From Candidatus Thorarchaeota archaeon (GTDB taxonomy: Archaea > Asgardarchaeota > Thorarchaeia > Thorarchaeales > Thorarchaeaceae): a DNA stretch of 32,000 nucleotides. A program made the position numbers and the translations under genes. The stretch spans positions 9,864 to 41,863 of the forward strand of contig PRDJ01000026.1 of NCBI GenBank assembly GCA_003345555.1, written 5' to 3'. The notes beneath the pieces were generated by a model. The model was not told the origin of the DNA and searched no databases. It saw only the letters and a list, made by a program, of their open reading frames with translations. Within the stretch, counting starts at the first letter, position 1, and every line of letters begins with the position of its first letter. This document shows, piece after piece, positions 7,688 through 15,520 of the stretch.

Positions 7688-10600
7688 TCAGAGGAAATCG
7701 GTCAGAGACGTTTGGTCGGATAAAAACAACGAGCTCATGGCCGAATCAATCAATCTGAGCCCATCTTTCAGATACTGCCCGAGATTATGTTCTTCGATTA
7801 TCCTTTGAGCGATTGGCAGATACTTCGATATGTTCTTTCGTCTCACGGTCAGCGACAAACCGAAACCACATTCGCATTTGCCTGAAAGCGGAATTCTGCG
7901 GTAGATCCGGTGACACCTAGTGCATTGCATTTTCTGAGTGGAATATGCTCTGAGATTCCCCTTTATGTCACGGATGAAGTGATGCGATAGAACCCGTTCG
8001 GCAACATCGCGTGCATCTACCGCATCTATCAAGCTCGCTAGGCGCAACTGTGCATCAAGCTTCTCGTCCATCCCCCCGAGCGCCTTATACCTAGTATTGC
8101 GTGGTCCAGCGTCAATTGATGATGTGCCATGCGTAAAGCCAAAGCCTTCATACTGGGCTTCCGTGTTCAGCCTCGATGCAACGATGTCAACCAAGTGCTC
8201 TGCTTCCTTGGGGTGACGTGCTTGCGCCACAATCTCAAAGAACTGTGCAGGATACCGAGTACATACGTCTAGGTTGTGAGCTTCACTATCCACTTCAGAA
8301 GGATTGAGGATAACCGACAGGACAAGGGGAGCATCCATGAAACCACCCCGGCCTGCGGGAAGATATGACCTCGAGAAGTTGATCAAGGCATCCATGACAA
8401 GAAGAAGAGCGTCTTCATCGCCATCACAGTTTCTTCGCTTTGCGGCGTGCCAGTAGGGATGTGCATAGCAGACACTTGCATTGGTGAAACCGATTATTCT
8501 TCCAATTATCCCTGCAGACGTATGTGGTGCCAGCCCGACCACGAGCTGCCCTACAACATCGTCTTGCGATTCAAATCCATAGAATCGCTTCAGACCGTAT
8601 ATCTTCTCGAGACAGTCATCAACAAAACAACCGACCCTGTAAAGATACTCCACACAATTCTCGGATACGACCAAGTCCTGTACTTTCAGCTCTACAACCT
8701 GCTCATCGGAATCAAGGGGTTCACTTCGGCAGTCTGTGAGATACCCCATCTCACGCAAACGTGCAACGGACACACCTATCTCTTTGGGCGTGAAGTGCGT
8801 GAGCGGTGCATCGGTTGCGTCAAAGCGGGCAGTTCCATCTCGATAACAATACACAGCATGTTTTGCACGCAGAATCCCTTTTCCAAGGTATTCGGGAATC
8901 TTGCGTTCATTTGTCAATCCGAGGACACCCCGTAGTCCATGAGATTGGGGCTCGCCGACTTCGGTCCGGACACGGTCAAGCAGCCCTTGAATATCCACTT
9001 TGACCTTCTTCGAAGCACGAATCATGTTCACATCATGGCTCAAAGGACACATTCCGGTGGTTTCGTCTATGGATCGGCCGCAACCTTCCTGAGAGCACCA
9101 ACGACGTATTTCGGTATGGGCGAGACAGTTTGGACATCGAGACTCAAACGTCTCAGACTGGCAATGAGGACATACGCGTGAAACCAATTCAATCTCAGGA
9201 CCGGAGACATTTGCGGGTCGGCCATCCAAGCGCGTTTCATCATCTGACAAGGCCAGAGTCGAAATGTGCTGTGCGGACCCCGCAACCTTCTCAATCCGCC
9301 TTTCGCTGGCCAGAGTCCTACCAACAGGAAAAAGTACGTGGACGGGTGGATGCATTTTTCGTTCTTCGGCCTTCTCTGGTCGACCCATTCGTGCCCCAAT
9401 GGAAAAGCCGACCTTGTCTCTGAGTGGAACATCGGCGACAGAACTCAGTAGTTCCATAGACTCCTTTCCACTGGGCGATTTGCTTCTTGCCCCCAGCTGT
9501 GCTAGGATAGTGAGAGGACTGTCAGTCAGTTCTATGTGCTTCATGTCACTGCTGAACCTGTGAGGAAGACCAACTCGCTCCAAGAGCGTCTTGTATCGCC
9601 TGTCATTTGGAACAAGAATCGATTCTCCTTCAGAATAGTTTGTTTTGTTCTTCTTGGAGAGAAGCCATTCCCTCAAATCCAGAATCTCGTCTGCAGTGAG
9701 AACCGACCATCTATACTGATACTTAGGGTGTAACGGTATGTCAAACTGCTTGGAAAGCTGAAGCGCCTGATGCGGAGTGGGAATCTTTGACAGAGGTAAG
9801 TCTATGAATGCAGTGAGTTCTTCTGGAGGAATCCCTGCACCTGATAGGCGTTTCTTCAGCTGTTTGTCTTCGAGTCTCGAACATGCCCGCTCCAAATCAT
9901 GAGACCACCATTCCTCACAGTATCCGGACGGTACAAGAGGGTGGTTGTTTTCAAGAAACTCACCCATCGCGACCAGAATATCGCCTAGGAAGATTATCTT
10001 CTCGAGTTTGCCCTGAAGACGCTTGGCCTCCTCGGTATCTTCGACCTGCTTGACAGTACCGTCCTTGAGCAAGACTATCGGCCCTTCGATTGTATCAACT
10101 GGCGCGACGATGGCCCCTTTTCCAGGACGCTCGGTTCTGATGTGAGTACCAGTGGCAAGAAACTCGTCCACCAAGAACATCGTTGCGGGATGAATGCCAA
10201 CGCCAGCTAGTCCTGTATTCCTCGATCGTCCGTACCTTAGTCTGAAACCGCCTACACGAGAGGGATGAGCAAAGACTGGTCGTCCGCCTATTACATCTGC
10301 CAAGTACTCATTTTTCGGAGCGAGCTTTTTGGTCATGGACTCCTCTGCCTCGGATGATCTGGCCTTGGAGGTCTTCTCGGCAAGCTCAGTCAGCCAATCC
10401 CATCCCTTTATGCGAAGCCTATTCACAATCTTGGCAAGTTTCGGCGACCTGCCAACAACCCCGTCACTAAGAACTAGGACAAAACCACTACGGACCCGAT
10501 TTGTTTCGATTCGTTCAAGGTCGCGGCCGCCAGAGACCTCATAGTCCTCCGTGGGTTCGCCAGTGAGCATAATAGGTAATTTTGAGGCTGCAAACCGGAT

Positions 10601-11233
10601 TAAGTCGGGATACACTGGATACTGAAGGTGTGATGCTCTTGAATAGAGCTCGACCTCTTCGACAGCACGCTCTACCTCCTCCGAGGTGGCTTTGAGTAAA
10701 GGCAGACCAAGCACCTGTCGAACCTGATCGGTAACCAATACTGTCATGGCGGCATCCGTGCCACCAGCAGCACGAATTGGACCCGCAAGATACAGTGCAA
10801 GGTATCGCTCGTCTCCAGAACCCCTGATGCGCACTCTTGCAATACCTTCCAGAGGAGCCGCAGTGATGCTCTCGGTCATTATGGCCAAAGCAACTCGGAC
10901 TGCCTTGTCAGCAGCCTTTTCGGGGTCTGTAATCCCTCCGAGTTCGCCCGCGGCTATTTCCCGTGCGATTGAGAAGGCGACTTCCTCCCTTGGCAGTTTT
11001 AGCTGGAGTTCTCTAATGCGTTGGGCAACCCCTACGGGCCCGTCTAGAGTAGCTTCTACCCTTGCTGCCACATCGTGTGCGGGAGGTATCTCAACTCTGG
11101 TGCTGGGGTCAACGCCCTTTGCCCGTGCCTGTTCTGCCACTGCATAGATTCTCTTGACTTCTTCACTGAGGGCAGCGAAGTATTGACCATAGCTAATACT
11201 GTGTTTGGGTAGGCTTGGTTCTAAATCGCTCAC
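7688..11233 (-). CDS. polC: DNA polymerase D large (catalytic) subunit DP2
   Basis: GTG start preceded by GGAGAGG. Contains GGFRLRYGRSRNTG, GARMGRPEK, catalytic NCDGDED, Zn-finger Cys clusters, and the C-terminal PIP-box QTSLTDFL. No intein is evident. Confidence 0.97.
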   Translation of the reverse strand: MSDLEPSLPKHSISYGQYFAALSEEVKRIYAVAEQARAKGVDPSTRVEIPPAHDVAARVEATLDGPVGVAQRIRELQLKLPREEVAFSIAREIAAGELGGITDPEKAADKAVRVALAIMTESITAAPLEGIARVRIRGSGDERYLALYLAGPIRAAGGTDAAMTVLVTDQVRQVLGLPLLKATSEEVERAVEEVELYSRASHLQYPVYPDLIRFAASKLPIMLTGEPTEDYEVSGGRDLERIETNRVRSGFVLVLSDGVVGRSPKLAKIVNRLRIKGWDWLTELAEKTSKARSSEAEESMTKKLAPKNEYLADVIGGRPVFAHPSRVGGFRLRYGRSRNTGLAGVGIHPATMFLVDEFLATGTHIRTERPGKGAIVAPVDTIEGPIVLLKDGTVKQVEDTEEAKRLQGKLEKIIFLGDILVAMGEFLENNHPLVPSGYCEEWWSHDLERACSRLEDKQLKKRLSGAGIPPEELTAFIDLPLSKIPTPHQALQLSKQFDIPLHPKYQYRWSVLTADEILDLREWLLSKKNKTNYSEGESILVPNDRRYKTLLERVGLPHRFSSDMKHIELTDSPLTILAQLGARSKSPSGKESMELLSSVADVPLRDKVGFSIGARMGRPEKAEERKMHPPVHVLFPVGRTLASERRIEKVAGSAQHISTLALSDDETRLDGRPANVSGPEIELVSRVCPHCQSETFESRCPNCLAHTEIRRWCSQEGCGRSIDETTGMCPLSHDVNMIRASKKVKVDIQGLLDRVRTEVGEPQSHGLRGVLGLTNERKIPEYLGKGILRAKHAVYCYRDGTARFDATDAPLTHFTPKEIGVSVARLREMGYLTDCRSEPLDSDEQVVELKVQDLVVSENCVEYLYRVGCFVDDCLEKIYGLKRFYGFESQDDVVGQLVVGLAPHTSAGIIGRIIGFTNASVCYAHPYWHAAKRRNCDGDEDALLLVMDALINFSRSYLPAGRGGFMDAPLVLSVILNPSEVDSEAHNLDVCTRYPAQFFEIVAQARHPKEAEHLVDIVASRLNTEAQYEGFGFTHGTSSIDAGPRNTRYKALGGMDEKLDAQLRLASLIDAVDARDVAERVLSHHFIRDIKGNLRAYSTQKMQCTRCHRIYRRIPLSGKCECGFGLSLTVRRKNISKYLPIAQRIIEEHNLGQYLKDGLRLIDSAMSSLFLSDQTSLTDFL

Positions 11234-11302
11234 GGGCTATCAATCCTCTCCAGCTGGGTGCGGCCTTTTCTGCTTTCTCTTAGGCGATTTGCTACCCGCT
11301 GT

Positions 11303-11324
11303 TGATTCATGGTTCCATGAATCA
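11303..11324. promoter_or_regulatory. Perfect 10-bp inverted repeat in the divergent DP2/RPA intergenic region (candidate operator)
   Basis: TGATTCATGG-TT-CCATGAATCA. A TATA-like TTTAAA lies about 13 nt to its right. Confidence 0.5.
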
Positions 11325-11397
11325 TTATCAGAGCCCTTTAAAGGACTGCAACCAGACAATTCCACGCCATACACCAGGAATCGGGACGGTATACATC

Positions 11398-13167
11398 GTG
11401 CTCACACTCGAAGAGACCATAGAGCTGATTCTGAAGAATTCATCAGAGTACGATCGAAAGGATATACTCAAGCTCATTGAGGACAAGCGTAAGGAACTCG
11501 GACCGGAAGTCGTCAACGAAGAGTCGGCTGCAATGATTGTGGCCCGCGAACTCGGGATAGACCTGCAGCAGGTCTCTCCTAAAGCGCGTCTCAGGATAGA
11601 AGACGTTACAGAGGAGAATAGAAGTGTCACATTGACTGCCAAGGTTGTAAACGTAGGCACGATACGAACTTTCTCAAGGCCGGGAGGAGGCGAAGGCAAG
11701 GTTGCAAGCATCATCGTAGCCGATGAGACTGGCCAAATCAGAGTTGCACTGTGGGATGAAATCACCTCTGCAATAACTGAGGGAGCTATCACTGTAGGTT
11801 CTGTGATTCAGGTTAGAGGAGCTTATGTTAAGAAGGGATTGCGCGGCGCCCTTGAACTGAATCTGGGGAGAATGGGGGGAATCACGGTGCTAGAAGACGA
11901 TGAGGCGAAAGAGCTGGATATCAAGACTGCTGAGAGCGGCAGCGTGCATGTAGGCGATCTTCATGACAAAATGTTCGATGTGACTCTAGTATTGAGATTG
12001 GACAGACTTCAGAATCTTACCACGTTCACACGCAAGACCGATGGTGCAGAAGGCAAAGTGATGAGTGCTGTTGGAGTAGACGAGACCGGCAGTATCAGGG
12101 TCGTCTTTTGGGACAATCATGCAGAACAGATGCAGGGTGCAAAAGAAGGCGAGGTAATCAAGCTGACAGGGTCTTACACGAAGGCAGGACGCAACGGCGA
12201 GGTGGAAATCCACGTAGGAAGATCCGCGAAGATAGAACGAGGACTGAAGGAGAAGATTACTGCGGCCAAGATAAAGGAATTTCCCGTCGCTGTTCAAATC
12301 ATCGGAAAGAAGAACATCAGTGACCTCTCAGTAGAGATGAGAGACGTAGATATTGAGGGTAAGGTTGTCAAGGTCTTTCAGCCCACGTCTTTTGAGAGGG
12401 AAGGAAAAGCTGGAAAGGTACAGAACATGATTGTCGCTGATGAATCAGGAACTACAAGGGTCACATTCTGGACCGAACAGGTAGACCTGATTAAGGACTT
12501 GCAGCAAGGTGACGTAATCAGAATAAGACACGGATACATCAAGGAAGGTCTACGTGGGGCAATGGAGTATCATGTTGGCAGGCGTTCCGAGATAGAGATC
12601 AATCCCGAGGATTCTAATGTTGGTCAGCTGGACCTGTCAGAGTTGGCCCAGAGACCTGCTGTCCAAGCAGGTAGGGTAATGGTTGGTCATATTGGCGATG
12701 AAACGGAGGGCAAGACGGTCGAGTTATGCGGCATCATTGTCGCTGTTGCTCGTACGAGCCCGGTCTACGCCTCCTGCCCCAACTGCCGAAAGAAAACAGA
12801 AGAACGGGATGGAAAATACTTCTGTGCTGTATGTGGCAAAGTGGACAAACCGGAATACAGGATGCTTTACAAGGTCACTCTTGATGACGGCTCCGGCTCA
12901 ATACGAGCTACTTTGTTTGGAAAGACAGGCGAGGACCTTCTTCAAATGACGGCACAGCAGGCGCAGGACTTGATGGTCAAATCAGGGAATAAGAGCTTCC
13001 CTATGGAACAGAATTCTAACAAGATGCTCGGAAGATACGTCACCATACGTGGCCGGGTGAGTAAATTCAGGGATACTCTGGAGATTTCAGCATCAGAGCT
13101 GCTATTTGCGGATCCTATTGAAGAGATAAGACGCACTCGAGAAGACGTAGTCAAGTTGGCAGGTTGA
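11398..13167 (+). CDS. rpa: Replication protein A large subunit (four OB folds, Zn finger in the fourth)
   Basis: Helical N-terminus, three repeats of ..DE[TS]G.[IT]RV..W, and a fourth OB fold with CPNC..CAVC and DDGSG. Probable GTG start at 11398 (the ORF track extends to 11302). Confidence 0.92.
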   Translation: MLTLEETIELILKNSSEYDRKDILKLIEDKRKELGPEVVNEESAAMIVARELGIDLQQVSPKARLRIEDVTEENRSVTLTAKVVNVGTIRTFSRPGGGEGKVASIIVADETGQIRVALWDEITSAITEGAITVGSVIQVRGAYVKKGLRGALELNLGRMGGITVLEDDEAKELDIKTAESGSVHVGDLHDKMFDVTLVLRLDRLQNLTTFTRKTDGAEGKVMSAVGVDETGSIRVVFWDNHAEQMQGAKEGEVIKLTGSYTKAGRNGEVEIHVGRSAKIERGLKEKITAAKIKEFPVAVQIIGKKNISDLSVEMRDVDIEGKVVKVFQPTSFEREGKAGKVQNMIVADESGTTRVTFWTEQVDLIKDLQQGDVIRIRHGYIKEGLRGAMEYHVGRRSEIEINPEDSNVGQLDLSELAQRPAVQAGRVMVGHIGDETEGKTVELCGIIVAVARTSPVYASCPNCRKKTEERDGKYFCAVCGKVDKPEYRMLYKVTLDDGSGSIRATLFGKTGEDLLQMTAQQAQDLMVKSGNKSFPMEQNSNKMLGRYVTIRGRVSKFRDTLEISASELLFADPIEEIRRTREDVVKLAG

Positions 13168-13183
13168 TCTCTTCAAGACTTTC

Positions 13184-14431
13184 TCACGAGGTTTGCTCGA
13201 TAAGCGTTTGGAGCCCTGTCAGAAAGATGCTGATATCGTTTGAGTTGTTGTAGATGTAGATTGATGCTCGCGCGGTCCCCTTGGACGGCGGAATTCCGAT
13301 TTGGTAGTGGAAAGGCGCTGCGCAATGCCATCCGCTCCTAATCATGACGGCATACCTGTCGTTGAGGAAAGTTGCGATATCATGTGCAGACTCAACCGTG
13401 TCGATAACAAACGTCAGAAGTCCAGTCCGAAGGTTCACATCGTCTGGTCCAAGGAAATGGACATGACTTAGCTGCTTGAGCCCTTCCAACGCCGCTCGAA
13501 GGAGATCCCTTTCGTGTTGCTCGATTTCACGCATTCCGATTGACTGCAGGTATTCGGCCGCTGCCCCGGCGCCTATGGCACCGGCATAGTTCTGCAATCC
13601 TGCCTCGAACTTGTGCGGAGGAGGCAGATAGGAAGGTATGATGCGGCCATCCTCAAACCTCACGTCACTGACGGTATCGCCGCCGACAAGAAACATGTCC
13701 ATTGACTCAAGGAGGCTCATCTTGCCATAGAGTACGCCCATTCCCGTTGGTCCACACATCTTGTGAACTGAAATGGCAGAGAAGTCTACGTCAAGATTCT
13801 GAACGTCAAGCGGATGATGTGGAGCGTATTGTGCATCATCCGAAACCACCAATGCTCCTCGATCGTGTGCAATTTCGATTATCTCTCTCAGTGGCGCTAT
13901 TGTGCCTGTCACATTGGAAGAATGAACGACTGATACAATCCTTGTACTGCTGTCTATTGCTCTCTTCCAATCCTCGATATCGAAGGTTCCGTCGTTCCGG
14001 GCCCTAACTACTTCCAACTTCAGACCAGTTTTCTTTGCTCTCTCCACAAAGGGCAACGAACCGCTATGATGCTCCAAGCTCGTCGTTACAACCTTAGACC
14101 CTCTTTCAATCTTTACAGAGCTGGCGACAATATTGAGTGACTCCGTGGCGTTGCGGGTCCAAATACACTCACCCGGTTCTGCTGCATTTATGAATCTCGC
14201 CAACTTGCCTCTGGCCCTTGAATATGCGTCAGAAGCCTCTTCGCCGAGTCTATGAATACTCCTGCCGCCGCAGGCAGGAAAACGCTCGTAATACTCGTTC
14301 ATGGCACTGATGACCTGACGAGGTTTTAGTGCCATGCATGCACTATCAAGATACACAATGGGTCGGCCGTTTATTTTCCGTTTGAGAACCGGAAAATCCG
14401 ATCTTATTCGAGACCAGAATCTGTCGTTCAT
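13184..14431 (-). CDS. Cysteine desulfurase, SufS/CsdA group (class V PLP enzyme)
   Basis: IRSDFPVL, VYLDSA, PLP lysine in SVHKMCGPTG, FEAG, and catalytic RSGWHCA. Probable start is MNDRFW at 14431. Confidence 0.92.
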   Translation of the reverse strand: MNDRFWSRIRSDFPVLKRKINGRPIVYLDSACMALKPRQVISAMNEYYERFPACGGRSIHRLGEEASDAYSRARGKLARFINAAEPGECIWTRNATESLNIVASSVKIERGSKVVTTSLEHHSGSLPFVERAKKTGLKLEVVRARNDGTFDIEDWKRAIDSSTRIVSVVHSSNVTGTIAPLREIIEIAHDRGALVVSDDAQYAPHHPLDVQNLDVDFSAISVHKMCGPTGMGVLYGKMSLLESMDMFLVGGDTVSDVRFEDGRIIPSYLPPPHKFEAGLQNYAGAIGAGAAAEYLQSIGMREIEQHERDLLRAALEGLKQLSHVHFLGPDDVNLRTGLLTFVIDTVESAHDIATFLNDRYAVMIRSGWHCAAPFHYQIGIPPSKGTARASIYIYNNSNDISIFLTGLQTLIEQTS

Positions 14432-14433
14432 TC

Positions 14434-14670
14434 TCAGCCCCTCACTATCTGCCAGTGGTATCCGCCCTTTCCAATTTTCCTCGTGATGATACCCCGCTCT
14501 ACCAGCTGATTGGCCGCTATGACAAATGTGTCGCCACCTGCACAGTCCTTGCATACCTCTGCATATTCAGCCCTCCGTGCTAGTTCCAGAATCTCAGAAG
14601 TGGTAAATGAGCCTCCGGCTTCGAGGATCTTCAGTATGCACTGAGCATTTCTTGATAACGTGGACATCAT
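14434..14670 (-). CDS. Small winged-helix protein with a CxxC insertion (putative regulator)
   Basis: The 78-aa ORF MMSTLS... shows a wHTH pattern (ILKILE..SFTTSEILE..QLVERGII..GGYHW) with CKDC between the helices. It stops 2 nt before the desulfurase start. Confidence 0.72.
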   Translation of the reverse strand: MMSTLSRNAQCILKILEAGGSFTTSEILELARRAEYAEVCKDCAGGDTFVIAANQLVERGIITRKIGKGGYHWQIVRG

Positions 14671-14828
14671 TAATGGGGTCCGGGATGCGGAATAAGAAGT
14701 CTTCGAAGATATAATTGCCCTGCAACTTAACATAATACTTAAATGATATCCATCGAGGCTAGAACCCGTTCTGTTTCTTTCCGTGCCTAGTAGCTCGGTC
14801 TGTGTGAAATAGGCGAAGGTGTACTGTG

Positions 14829-15080
14829 ATGGGAAGAAGAAGAAGGCAGAAAATCCGGAGAAGACCTCAGAAGCGAATTCCAGATGTGTATCAGTGTCCG
14901 GATTGTGGCAACGCTGCAATCAAGATAGAGCTGTTCAGGGACAAGAGTCTCGCGACAGTGAAGTGTGGGTCATGCGGTTTGGAGATGACCATTGACGATG
15001 TGAGTTCGCTTACCGAGCCAGTAGACGTTTACGGTAGCTTCATAGACAAGTTCTATGAAGGAGACAAGACGGAGAAGTAG
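14829..15080 (+). CDS. elf1: Transcription elongation factor Elf1
   Basis: Basic N-terminus MGRRRR, Zn ribbon CPDC..CGSC, and the EPVDVY..FID motif. Confidence 0.93.
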   Translation: MGRRRRQKIRRRPQKRIPDVYQCPDCGNAAIKIELFRDKSLATVKCGSCGLEMTIDDVSSLTEPVDVYGSFIDKFYEGDKTEK

Positions 15081-15146
15081 CCCGCTCGTCTCACTGCACT
15101 CAGCAATGATTATAAGTATGGCTCAAGCAGGAGATGTTCGACGCCT

Positions 15147-15257
15147 ATGCAGCAGAGCCTCATCCCGATTGTTAACATTGTCTTGAGCATTTTGGGTATT
15201 GTGGCCCTTCTCCTTGTGCTAGGTTATATCGCATACGGTCAAGAGGAAGAGGAATAG
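15147..15257 (+). CDS. 36-aa single-pass membrane microprotein (absent from the ORF track)
   Basis: MQQSLIPIVNIVLSILGIVALLLVLGYIAYGQEEEE*. TTATAA at 15110-15115 and AGGAG upstream. It fills an otherwise empty gap. Confidence 0.65.
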   Translation: MQQSLIPIVNIVLSILGIVALLLVLGYIAYGQEEEE

Positions 15258-15280
15258 CATCCTTTATCGAGTGCTTCCCT

Positions 15281-15520
15281 ATGAACCCCTTAGAGTCGGT
15301 GCTTCACCTCGCCTTCGATAATTCCGCGCCGTATGTCACCAACTTGGACGCTGTAAGATCACTGATTCAGCAAGCAGTGGCTCAGACCACCTCTGTCGAT
15401 GATGCAGTCACCTACATCGAGAACAGATTCCCAGACGCAGAGATCACGCTCAAGACTGATATTCGCATCTTAGTTGCTGCCATTCGCCATGCCGCCCGAC
15501 AAAGGAAGTTATCTGGATGA
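15281..15520 (+). CDS. Hypothetical helical protein coupled to lhr
   Basis: 79 aa, ATGA overlap with the lhr start, amphipathic helical pattern. Confidence 0.7.
   Translation: MNPLESVLHLAFDNSAPYVTNLDAVRSLIQQAVAQTTSVDDAVTYIENRFPDAEITLKTDIRILVAAIRHAARQRKLSG

Noticed and set aside
7688-11400. Intein in DP2, or a replication origin beside DP2
   Set aside because: DP2 has normal length with no intein or LAGLIDADG motifs. There is no cdc6/orc1 gene and no repeated ORB-like boxes.
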